DNA of 32,000 bases from Clostridia bacterium (GTDB taxonomy: Bacteria > Bacillota > Clostridia > TANB77 > UBA1234), in the NCBI GenBank assembly GCA_900753975.1, contig CAAEBC010000055.1:26294-58293 (forward strand), read 5' to 3'. The first letter of the stretch is position 1; each line of letters begins with the position of its first letter. The translations under genes were made by a program, and so were the position numbers. The notes under the pieces were generated by a model. That model saw only the letters and a program-made list of their open reading frames with translations. It did not search any database and was not told the DNA's origin. This document shows, piece by piece, positions 25,505 through 32,000 of the stretch.

Positions 25505-26001
25505 TCAAAAATCTTACAAATGACATCTTCTTTGCATGCAGTCACTTCATTACCACAAGCTTCTAATGTGCTTACAATTTTATTAATGCTTTCTTCATAA
25601 TCTTTTTTCTTTTTAAAAATAATAAAAAATCTTCTCGTAAAACTTCGCTTGTCACCAACAATTTGTGTAATTAATTCCTTATAACATTTAGTCATCTGAG
25701 AGAATTTTGAATCTTCTGTATAATACTTATCTACTTCTTCCAAATGCTTACTGACATCGGTCTTATATGCTAAAACTATTATCTGAATATCAAAATCACA
25801 TTGCTTTAAAAATCTTCTATACGTATCTAAAATAGCCATCTGTTCAAGTTCAGATTTTAATTTAAAATTTACAGGTTTCACTTCAAGAACTGATATAACA
25901 TCATTATTTGCAAGATATATAAATTCATCAAAATTCTTTATAGGTAGCCATTCTAAAACATCATGCAGTTTATCTTTTTTTATAAAAATCCCACCTTTCA
26001 T
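25477..26001 (-). CDS. VirB4 N-terminal domain encoded as a separate ORF
   Basis: 174 aa. ISVLEVKPVNFKLKSELEQMAILDTYRRFLKQCDFDIQIIV...FTRRFFIIF resembles the N-terminal domain of Gram-positive VirB4 proteins. Its 3' end overlaps the ATPase ORF by 28 nt. No clear Shine-Dalgarno precedes ATG 26001. Confidence 0.6.
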   Translation of the reverse strand: MKGGIFIKKDKLHDVLEWLPIKNFDEFIYLANNDVISVLEVKPVNFKLKSELEQMAILDTYRRFLKQCDFDIQIIVLAYKTDVSKHLEEVDKYYTEDSKFSQMTKCYKELITQIVGDKRSFTRRFFIIFKKKKDYEESINKIVSTLEACGNEVTACKEDVICKIFECFFRRENV

Positions 26002-26099
26002 ATAAAAGAAAGACTTTGCGCCCTATATTTTCGCGCAAAAAAAGGGCGCAAAACTTCCTTGTACAGAAGTTTTCCACCCAAAACTCTATCTTGAGACAG

Positions 26100-26128
26100 A
26101 TATTATCATAAAAAAAATCCAAATTCAA
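26100..26128 (-). promoter_or_regulatory. promoter of the VirB4-Tad-like operon
   Basis: On the minus strand: TTGAAT (26128-26123), 17-nt spacer, TAATAT (26105-26100). This leaves a leader of about 90 nt. Confidence 0.55.
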
Positions 26129-26165
26129 CAAATGAGCCAAATTGTGTCAACAAATTTAAGTTTTG

Positions 26166-26194
26166 TTGACTTTTTTATATAACATGTGTATAAT
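26166..26194 (+). promoter_or_regulatory. consensus-like promoter of a short plus-strand transcript
   Basis: TTGACT (26166-26171), 17-nt spacer, TATAAT (26189-26194). Confidence 0.6.
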
Positions 26195-26200
26195 AAATAT

Positions 26201-26291
26201 AGGAAATGGAGAAACCACAAACGTGGTTTTGCCGAATACATTTGTGAAAACTCACATCTGCTCGTCAAGGTTACAGATGTGAGCTTTTTTT
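26201..26291 (+). ncRNA. candidate ~90-nt small RNA (possible type I antitoxin)
   Basis: It runs from the predicted start site to a terminator: stem CTCACATCTG / CAGATGTGAG (26251-26260 / 26274-26283) followed by T8. It has no convincing ORF. Its 3' end is antisense to the 3' UTR of the convergent 39-aa ORF. Confidence 0.4.
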
Positions 26292-26410
26292 TATTTACGT
26301 AGTTGCTTATCAACCCAGTTCTTATATAGAACTGCTGTCAAGGCAACGTTTAACGTTAAAGAAGATATTAAAGCTATTATAAAAAATAATACCACTTTAA
26401 CCATAAACAT
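26291..26410 (-). CDS. 39-aa hydrophobic peptide, candidate type I toxin
   Basis: Hand translation gives MFMVKVVLFFIIALISSLTLNVALTAVLYKNWVDKQLRK: one TM helix plus a basic tail. AGGAAAGGTGGTG lies directly upstream. It was missed by the ORF track because it is short. Confidence 0.5.
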   Translation of the reverse strand: MFMVKVVLFFIIALISSLTLNVALTAVLYKNWVDKQLRK

Positions 26411-26485
26411 CACCACCTTTCCTACGAAGATTCGTAAAATTGGTGGCAAAACCACATCTGCTTATTCTCATTTCCTATGTCAGTC

Positions 26486-26514
26486 AGTATAACATATATT
26501 TTATAGTAAATCAA
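26486..26514 (-). promoter_or_regulatory. promoter of the 39-aa peptide gene
   Basis: On the minus strand: TTGATT (26514-26509), 17-nt spacer, TATACT (26491-26486). Confidence 0.55.
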
Positions 26515-26535
26515 TATGCACAAACAAATATTCGC

Positions 26536-26579
26536 AAAAATATTCTATAAAAATCGATTTATTTTTATAGAATATTTTT
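26536..26579. terminator. 19-bp perfect AT-rich palindrome, probable bidirectional terminator
   Basis: Arms AAAAATATTCTATAAAAAT (26536-26554) and ATTTTTATAGAATATTTTT (26561-26579) enclose the loop CGATTT. T runs follow on both strands. Confidence 0.5.
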
Positions 26580-26580
26580 T

Positions 26581-27116
26581 CTTTTATTTCAATTAATTCC
26601 TTTATTTTTTCTCATTATACACTCGAAACTACAAGACAAAAAATTATCCACGTCCCTAAAAGAACGTGGATATCATATAGAAAAGCACAAATCTTAACTC
26701 CGACTAAATATGGATAATTACGCACCTCAGTATACCTTTCGGCGATACCAAAGCACTCCACCACCCACAAAAATCTTTGCTCGAATATTAAGAAAATCTA
26801 CACAACCATGCAAGGCTTTTTTAGCCAAACACAATCATTCTTATAAATGTTTTTTATTTAAGTTGTCCTTCTAGAACAACTTAAGTCAGAAACAAACTTT
26901 CAACTTCCAAAATACTCTTAACTCAAATGCATGGCATACTCATTGACCATATATTTATAAAACTTTATCATACAGCCAAAGTCATACATCATACACTCTT
27001 AACGCCGACTATACATCATAGTAATTACCACCATGTATAATCTTTGTACGAATCGCAAAAGACTACATCGATAATAATCTAGTGAAACTCTTAGCTCAAC
27101 TCGTACTTCTCTAACA
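26581..27116 (-). ncRNA. candidate ~540-nt non-coding transcript of unknown class
   Basis: The unit is ORF-free. It is bounded upstream by a promoter (27123-27152) with an AT-rich UP-like tract and downstream by the 26536-26579 palindrome. It shows strong C>G skew on the plus strand and contains internal ~60-nt homologous modules. Confidence 0.3.
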
Positions 27117-27122
27117 ATCATT

Positions 27123-27152
27123 ATTATAACCACGCAAAAAAAGTTTATTCAA
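27123..27152 (-). promoter_or_regulatory. promoter with an AT-rich upstream tract, pointing into the ORF-free region
   Basis: On the minus strand: TTGAAT (27152-27147), 18-nt spacer, TATAAT (27128-27123). An A/T-only tract lies upstream at 27153-27185. Confidence 0.5.
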
Positions 27153-27295
27153 ATTTTTAAAAATTTTTTTCAAAATAAAATTTAACTTTTAATACAATAA
27201 ACAACATAATAAAATATCTAATTCATTAAAGATTACAGTACTAAAAAAGAGACGCAAAAAGCAAATAAATTACTTACCTTTTCGCCTCGTTTTAT

Positions 27296-27898
27296 CTAAA
27301 TTTCTCTTCTGTTTTCAAGTGCCTTTACTAATGTAACTTCATCTACATATTCCAAATCTCCACCAATAGGAACACCATGTGCAATTCTTGTTGTTTTAAT
27401 ATTAAACGGTTTAATAAGTTTTGAAATATACATTGCAGTCGCTTCGCCTTCAACATTTGGGTTAGTCGCCAAAATTATTTCTTTAACTTCATCTGTACCA
27501 AGTCTAGAAACTAGTTCCTTAACTTTAATATCATTTGGACCAATTCCATTCATTGGCGAAATTGCACCATGTAGCACATGATAAACCCCATTAAATTCAT
27601 GAGTTTTTTCTATTGGAATAATATCTCTTACATCTTCTACCACGCAAATAACTGATTTATCTCTCTTTGCATTTGCACAAATCGGACATGGATCAACGTC
27701 AGTAATATTGTTACATATTGAGCAATAATGTAAATTCTTCTTAGCTTCAATTATTGTATCAGCAAATTTTTGAGCATCTTCGTTAGAAGAATTTAAAACA
27801 TGAAACGCAAGTCGTACAGCTGTTTTATGCCCAATTCCTGGTAATTTTTCAAACTCCTCTATAAGTTTTTCTATAGAAACACTAAAAGCCATTTTCAA
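27296..27898 (-). CDS. recR: recombination protein RecR
   Basis: 200 aa. It has a helix-hairpin-helix N-terminus ([14 protein letters not shown]), a C4 zinc finger ([16 protein letters not shown]) and a Toprim domain. Confidence 0.95.
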   Translation of the reverse strand: MKMAFSVSIEKLIEEFEKLPGIGHKTAVRLAFHVLNSSNEDAQKFADTIIEAKKNLHYCSICNNITDVDPCPICANAKRDKSVICVVEDVRDIIPIEKTHEFNGVYHVLHGAISPMNGIGPNDIKVKELVSRLGTDEVKEIILATNPNVEGEATAMYISKLIKPFNIKTTRIAHGVPIGGDLEYVDEVTLVKALENRREI

Positions 27899-27918
27899 TC
27901 CTCTTTCTTATGTAAAAA

Positions 27919-28263
27919 TTATAAAAGACCTGTAAGACCACCTGGAACATTATATTTCTTCATTTCGCTTTCAACTAAAGCTTCTGCTTTTTCAAATCCC
28001 GCATTTAAAGCTGTCAATATTAAATCTTCAAGCATCTCAACATCATCTTTATCTAAAACTTCTGGATTAATCTTTACAGCTTTAACTTTTTTCTTACCAT
28101 TCATAGTAATAGTAACTGCTCCTCCTCCAGAAGTAACATCGAACTCTTTTGCTTCGATATCTGCTTGAGTTTTCTCCATATCTGCTTGCATCTTTTGAGC
28201 TTGTCTCAAAAGATTATTCATATTTCCTCCACCCATTCCTGGGAATCCACCAAATTTTGCCAT
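27919..28263 (-). CDS. ybaB: YbaB/EbfC family nucleoid-associated protein
   Basis: 114 aa. The protein carries NMNNLLRQAQKMQ. It sits at the canonical position between dnaX and recR. Confidence 0.9.
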   Translation of the reverse strand: MAKFGGFPGMGGGNMNNLLRQAQKMQADMEKTQADIEAKEFDVTSGGGAVTITMNGKKKVKAVKINPEVLDKDDVEMLEDLILTALNAGFEKAEALVESEMKKYNVPGGLTGLL

Positions 28264-28282
28264 TTAAAATCATCCTTTCTTT

Positions 28283-29728
28283 TTATTTTCCAAAAACATA
28301 TTTAACTTTGAATTCTTTGTGAGTTACTTCAATAACTGCTTCCTTAATAGCTTTTTTACTATCCTCCTGTTGCAAATAAGCCTTACTTACATCATCTAAA
28401 TTTGCGCCAAAAACTATATGTATTAGTTCACTATCAGCTTCCATTATACTTGCATTCATAAGCAATACGCATAATCTCATTTTGCAATTTTCTTTAAGTT
28501 TTGTCAATACCTTATTTTTTAAGTCTGAATTATTAGATACTTCATTTTGAATAGCAGAAGAAACTTTATTTGCATCTTCTTTAGTCAAATTACCAACTGC
28601 AACACTACTAGCACTAGATTTTGAAATCGCTTTTGTAGCCTTTGTTTCAGCCTCATCATAAAGCACTTTTAAAACTCCAGTTTCAAAAGCAACTTCCGTG
28701 TCACTACTCCATTTCATATCACTTTGAACACTAGATAATTTAGTTATAATATAAATAAGTTCATCGCTATTCGTATGTGCTGCAAGTTCTTTTAAAACGT
28801 TAACTTCTTCTTCACTAAAACCAGAAAGTTCATTTGACATCTTTAAAATTAAAATATCTCTAAAAAACTTTATACTCTCAGATAAAAACACTTCCAAATT
28901 CTTACCTTCGGAAATCAAACTTTCCATGAACTCAATAAGCTGCATCGAATTTTTATCTATTATTAATTCAGCAAATTTTTTCAAATACTCAAACTCAGGA
29001 ATTCCAACAAGTTCTCTTACCTTAGATTCAGTTATGCTTGTTTCACCATCAGCTATGCATCTATCAAGTATGCTATAAGCATCTCTCATGGCTCCATCAG
29101 CCATTCGAGCAATAAGGTTAATAGCATTATCGTCTATCGTAATCCCTATTTTTTCTGAACATTTCTTTAATGTTTTACAAATATTAGCTATCGAAATTCT
29201 CTTAAAATCAAATCTTTGACATCTCGATAATATGGTAACTGGTAACTTTTGAGGTTCAGTAGTTGCCAAAATAAAAATTACATGTGCAGGCGGTTCTTCA
29301 AGTGTTTTTAAAAGTGCATTAAAAGCCCCTGTAGAAAGCATATGTACCTCATCTATTATATACACCCTATATTTAGCTACAGTTGGTAAAAACTGAGCCT
29401 CGTCTCTTATATCACGTATATTATCTACACCATTATTTGAAGCGGCATCAATTTCAGTTATATCAGTAAGAGCTCCTTCTAAAGCAGCTTTGCAAACCTC
29501 ACATTCATTACAAGGTTCTCCGTTTTTAGGATTAAGGCAATTAATAGCTCTAGACAAAATCTTTGCTGTAGAAGTTTTACCACTACCTCTTCCACCACTA
29601 AACAAATAAGCATGAGCAACTCTACCATTTTCTACTTGTCTTCGAAGTGTTTCAGTTACATGCTCTTGACCTATAACTTCTTCAAAATTAATCGGCCTAA
29701 ACTCTCTATAAAGCGCAATATATGACAT
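28283..29728 (-). CDS. dnaX: DNA polymerase III subunit gamma/tau
   Basis: Walker A GGRGSGKTS, zinc module CLNPKNGEPCNECEVC, Walker B YIIDEVHML and sensor SRCQRF are present. At 481 aa it is short compared with many tau proteins. Confidence 0.93.
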   Translation of the reverse strand: MSYIALYREFRPINFEEVIGQEHVTETLRRQVENGRVAHAYLFSGGRGSGKTSTAKILSRAINCLNPKNGEPCNECEVCKAALEGALTDITEIDAASNNGVDNIRDIRDEAQFLPTVAKYRVYIIDEVHMLSTGAFNALLKTLEEPPAHVIFILATTEPQKLPVTILSRCQRFDFKRISIANICKTLKKCSEKIGITIDDNAINLIARMADGAMRDAYSILDRCIADGETSITESKVRELVGIPEFEYLKKFAELIIDKNSMQLIEFMESLISEGKNLEVFLSESIKFFRDILILKMSNELSGFSEEEVNVLKELAAHTNSDELIYIITKLSSVQSDMKWSSDTEVAFETGVLKVLYDEAETKATKAISKSSASSVAVGNLTKEDANKVSSAIQNEVSNNSDLKNKVLTKLKENCKMRLCVLLMNASIMEADSELIHIVFGANLDDVSKAYLQQEDSKKAIKEAVIEVTHKEFKVKYVFGK

Positions 29729-29833
29729 TATTCACTCTCCTTTATATATAAATTTTAATATTAATCCAATATCATACTTTATATTAAAATTCTCAATTTG
29801 AAAATTATCCATTTCCTATTAAATTTAGAAAAC

Positions 29834-29976
29834 GCAATAATTCCGCAAGATACACTTATATGAATGGCGAAGCACATACCAATAACTACTTATCGCTGCT
29901 TCCTTCCAGACCTGACGAGGTTCATAGCTCGCTATCGCCTCCCCATTCATATAAATGCACCTTGCGGAATCATTAC
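29834..29976 (-). ncRNA. ffs: signal recognition particle RNA (small, 4.5S-like form)
   Basis: The minus strand contains the conserved domain IV sequence GTCAGGTCTGGAAGGAAGCAGC at the tip of a ~34-bp helix (GTAATGATTCCGCAAGG... / ...CTTGCGGAATTATTGC). It sits at the canonical position upstream of dnaX. No Alu-domain sequence is evident between the promoter and the helix. Confidence 0.85.
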
Positions 29977-30011
29977 ACTTTAATAATATCAATCTATTAA
30001 TCTCGAAATGT

Positions 30012-30040
30012 ATATTAACATATTTTCTCAAAAATGTAAA
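30012..30040 (-). promoter_or_regulatory. promoter of the SRP RNA gene
   Basis: On the minus strand: TTTACA (30040-30035), 17-nt spacer, TAATAT (30017-30012). Confidence 0.5.
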
Positions 30041-30057
30041 TACCAAATTTAAAACAT

Positions 30058-31191
30058 TTAAATTTTTGCAAATTTAGCTTTAAATCTATTCCACGCATTC
30101 TTAATCTTGGTCAAGATATTATTCTTATATATAGCCATTGCAAGCTTTTCCTTCTTTTTATCCATATAATCAATATAAAACTCTTTTGCGTCCAAAGGTG
30201 AAGTTATAATCTCTCCATCAATATAAAAAACACCTTGATCATCAAAAGTAATATTTAACGTGTACTTGCTTTCCTTAGAAATAGTAATAATCCAGTCAAT
30301 AAGCTCTTGATTTCCAATAACCTTAAAATAATCTTGGACATTTTCCTCAAATTGTTTTCTAATAACAGGATCTAATCTTCTATTGTAAATCTCACTAACA
30401 ATATCCTTTTTATTTTCTGTATTTACTACATTTCTAAAAAACTGATAACAATCAACAAGTTTTACCTGAAATCTATCAGCCTCTGCCTCATTTGTAATCT
30501 TAAAATTAGTGCCCTTTAAAGTAATATAATTATCTTTAAACATAAAATTAAAATCAAAATAAGAAAGAATATTACTTAGAGTAGCAATCATTCTTTTATC
30601 TTTGCCATACTCCATAGCCAAATCAATATTCATAATAAAATCATCGTGTTTAAGCTTCAGACTTCTATAAATATCATAAGCATCCAAGCACTTATTATAT
30701 AAAACAACCGCATCACCAATATTGTCAAATCTATATTTCGTAGGCATAAGCTGAAACTCATTTTCATCAATATGCTTTAAATACATACCAGAATCAAAAA
30801 ATCTATTAAACTTTAAAATCTCTTTAATGTACTCTTTCTTAGGGATAAATTGAGTTTCTATACTATATTCCGTTTTGTCATTAGTTATCAAATACCAAAC
30901 GTACCTAGAAAGCATAAATTCGTTAATATTTGCAACATAACGCTTATCTTCGCTTTTAAAATAAAATCTCAAAATCGGTGTTGATAATTTACTCAGCAAA
31001 ATATTATAAGCAATTATATCTGGCGGGAGATTACATTTATATATCAAAATATATACGTCCATCCATCTAGGCTCTAACATATTATTGTCTAATACAGACG
31101 TAACTTTTGAAAAATCTAATTTTACAAGCTTTTTGTTAACCAGCGTAAGTAATTTTCGCTTTTCTTCTATTAAAAGATTAGTATATTGCAC
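30058..31191 (-). CDS. hypothetical protein, 377 aa, no recognisable domain
   Basis: A long uninterrupted ORF with a GTG start 7 nt after AAAGGTGG. It appears soluble and is rich in Lys, Asn, Ile and Tyr. Confidence 0.6.
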   Translation of the reverse strand: MQYTNLLIEEKRKLLTLVNKKLVKLDFSKVTSVLDNNMLEPRWMDVYILIYKCNLPPDIIAYNILLSKLSTPILRFYFKSEDKRYVANINEFMLSRYVWYLITNDKTEYSIETQFIPKKEYIKEILKFNRFFDSGMYLKHIDENEFQLMPTKYRFDNIGDAVVLYNKCLDAYDIYRSLKLKHDDFIMNIDLAMEYGKDKRMIATLSNILSYFDFNFMFKDNYITLKGTNFKITNEAEADRFQVKLVDCYQFFRNVVNTENKKDIVSEIYNRRLDPVIRKQFEENVQDYFKVIGNQELIDWIITISKESKYTLNITFDDQGVFYIDGEIITSPLDAKEFYIDYMDKKKEKLAMAIYKNNILTKIKNAWNRFKAKFAKI

Positions 31192-31767
31192 TCACTCACC
31201 ACCTTTAATCACATTATAGTACATAGTATTTAAAAATACTAGTAAAATTCGTGTGAAAATTGATAAATTTATGCATATTAATTTAGGCCAATTTTTCATA
31301 ATTTTACTTATGTTTGCATAGTTTGGCTTGCTAAAATTAGACTATGTTTTTGAGAAACTTTTAAAATTTAAAATTTCTTGTATAAAATACCCACACGAAT
31401 TCAAATAACCCGTAACTATTTTTGATAATAATTAAATAGCAAAAACTTTTAAAAACCGCATTTAATTTCTAAGTAACAAATTAATATTTTTGTTATAATT
31501 CACAGCTCATACTAAAATATTTAATATCGAATATTCGCGCGTTATTTCGCACATTATAAAGATATTTTATTTGAGCAAAAAACTAATAAGTAGTCGACTA
31601 ACTATAATACTATTTGAAATAATTTTTTAAAATCAATAAAATATTTTGATTTTTTGTTTTTAGTGTCAAAGTCTGCAAAGCATTGATATTAGTGAATTAT
31701 AGTCATTAATTGTCTTACAGTTAGTCAACTAACCGTCAAATAATTCAAAAAATTTTTACATAAAGTA

Positions 31768-31796
31768 TTGCAAAAAATTACAAAGTTCGATATATT
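31768..31796 (+). promoter_or_regulatory. possible promoter of the Lys/Ala-rich protein gene
   Basis: TTGCAA (31768-31773), 17-nt spacer, TATATT (31791-31796). Confidence 0.4.
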
Positions 31797-31871
31797 TTAT
31801 ATATAAGATTTACACTTGATATTTATATTTACATTTATATATCGTTTTACAAAAGAAGGAGGTGCATTTAA

Positions 31872-32000
31872 ATGGCAGTAGCAAAGAAACCAGTTGCTAA
31901 AAAAGTAGCAGCTAAACCAGTTGCTAAAAAGGCAGCAGCTAAACCAGTTGCTAAGAAAGTAGCAGCTAAACCAGTTGCTAAAAAAGCAGCAGCTAAACCA
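31872..32000 (+). CDS. Lys/Ala/Pro-rich tandem-repeat protein (histone H1-like basic repeats), 5' part only
   Basis: ATG 31872 lies 8 nt after AAGGAGGTG. It reads MAVAKKPVAKKVAAKPVAKKAAAKPVAKKVAAKPVAKKAAAKP to the window end. Nearly identical 27-nt units (AAKPVAKK[V/A]) start around 31908. Confidence 0.7.
   Translation, partial: MAVAKKPVAKKVAAKPVAKKAAAKPVAKKVAAKPVAKKAAAKP

Noticed and set aside
26125-26313. 62-aa minus-strand ORF.
   Set aside because: It runs across the plus-strand small-RNA promoter, its terminator hairpin and the VirB4-operon promoter. It has no Shine-Dalgarno, and the adjacent 39-aa ORF with a strong Shine-Dalgarno is the more credible coding unit.
26208-26480. Short leader ORFs starting at the ATG within ATAGGAAATG in both arms of the inverted duplication (13 and 24 codons).
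   Set aside because: The AGGAA sits only 1-2 nt from the ATG, which is too close for a functional Shine-Dalgarno. The two peptides are unrelated despite the homologous DNA, which argues that the conservation is at the RNA or DNA level.
26643-26651. DnaA-box-like TTATCCACG, and the idea that the ORF-free region is an origin of replication.
   Set aside because: This is a single 8-of-9 match. No cluster of boxes or adjacent dnaA is present, and the box is part of a local hairpin (ATCCACGT/ACGTGGAT).
28508-28526. Possible dnaX programmed -1 frameshift at TTA AAA AAT AAG, where a slip would hit TAA immediately, as with E. coli gamma.
   Set aside because: A6 runs are common in this AT-rich genome. 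The A-site codon AAU re-pairs poorly after slippage. I see no upstream internal Shine-Dalgarno or convincing downstream stem-loop stimulator. It is noted only as a coincidence unless proteomics shows a gamma-like product.
29825-30046. 73-aa minus-strand ORF upstream of dnaX.
   Set aside because: It coincides with the SRP RNA gene: the conserved GTCAGGTCTGGAAGGAAGCAGC motif and the long helix fall inside it. It has no Shine-Dalgarno, so it is treated as spurious.

Overview
This window is an AT-rich chromosomal segment from a low-GC Gram-positive organism (Firmicutes, Clostridia-like). All annotation is by eye; no searches were run.

Core content:
- an ECF sigma factor
- an ABC exporter whose permease is fused to a CPBP protease domain
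- six minus-strand tRNAs in three clusters (Gly; His-Gln; Lys-Glu-Thr), each with its own promoter and terminator
- ypeB and a UgtP-like glycosyltransferase
- a DUF1858 protein
- a DnaD/DnaB_2 replication protein and a frameshifted DnaC/DnaI-like helicase loader
- gyrA with no adjacent gyrB
- the conserved SRP-RNA-dnaX-ybaB-recR block
- the start of a Lys/Ala-rich tandem-repeat protein

Accessory content worth a second look:
1. A relaxase-less secretion locus mixes type IV secretion parts (VirD4-like coupling protein, VirB2-, VirB6- and VirB3-like proteins, and a split VirB4) with Tad-pilus-type parts (TadZ/CpaE-like, CpaF/VirB11-like ATPase, TadB-like platform protein). Its two halves are convergent and are separated by dnaD, the helicase loader and gyrA.
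2. A tRNA-flanked islet carries a DNPH1/Rcl-type deoxynucleotide N-hydrolase divergent from an EVE-McrB-like GTPase with no McrC. A 155-bp MITE-like palindrome lies beside it.
3. A candidate type I toxin-antitoxin pair consists of a 39-aa hydrophobic peptide and a convergent small RNA.
4. A roughly 0.55-kb ORF-free, strand-skewed unit lies between a strong promoter and a long palindromic terminator, which suggests a large non-coding RNA.

No rRNA genes, CRISPR arrays, integrases, transposases or reverse transcriptases were seen.
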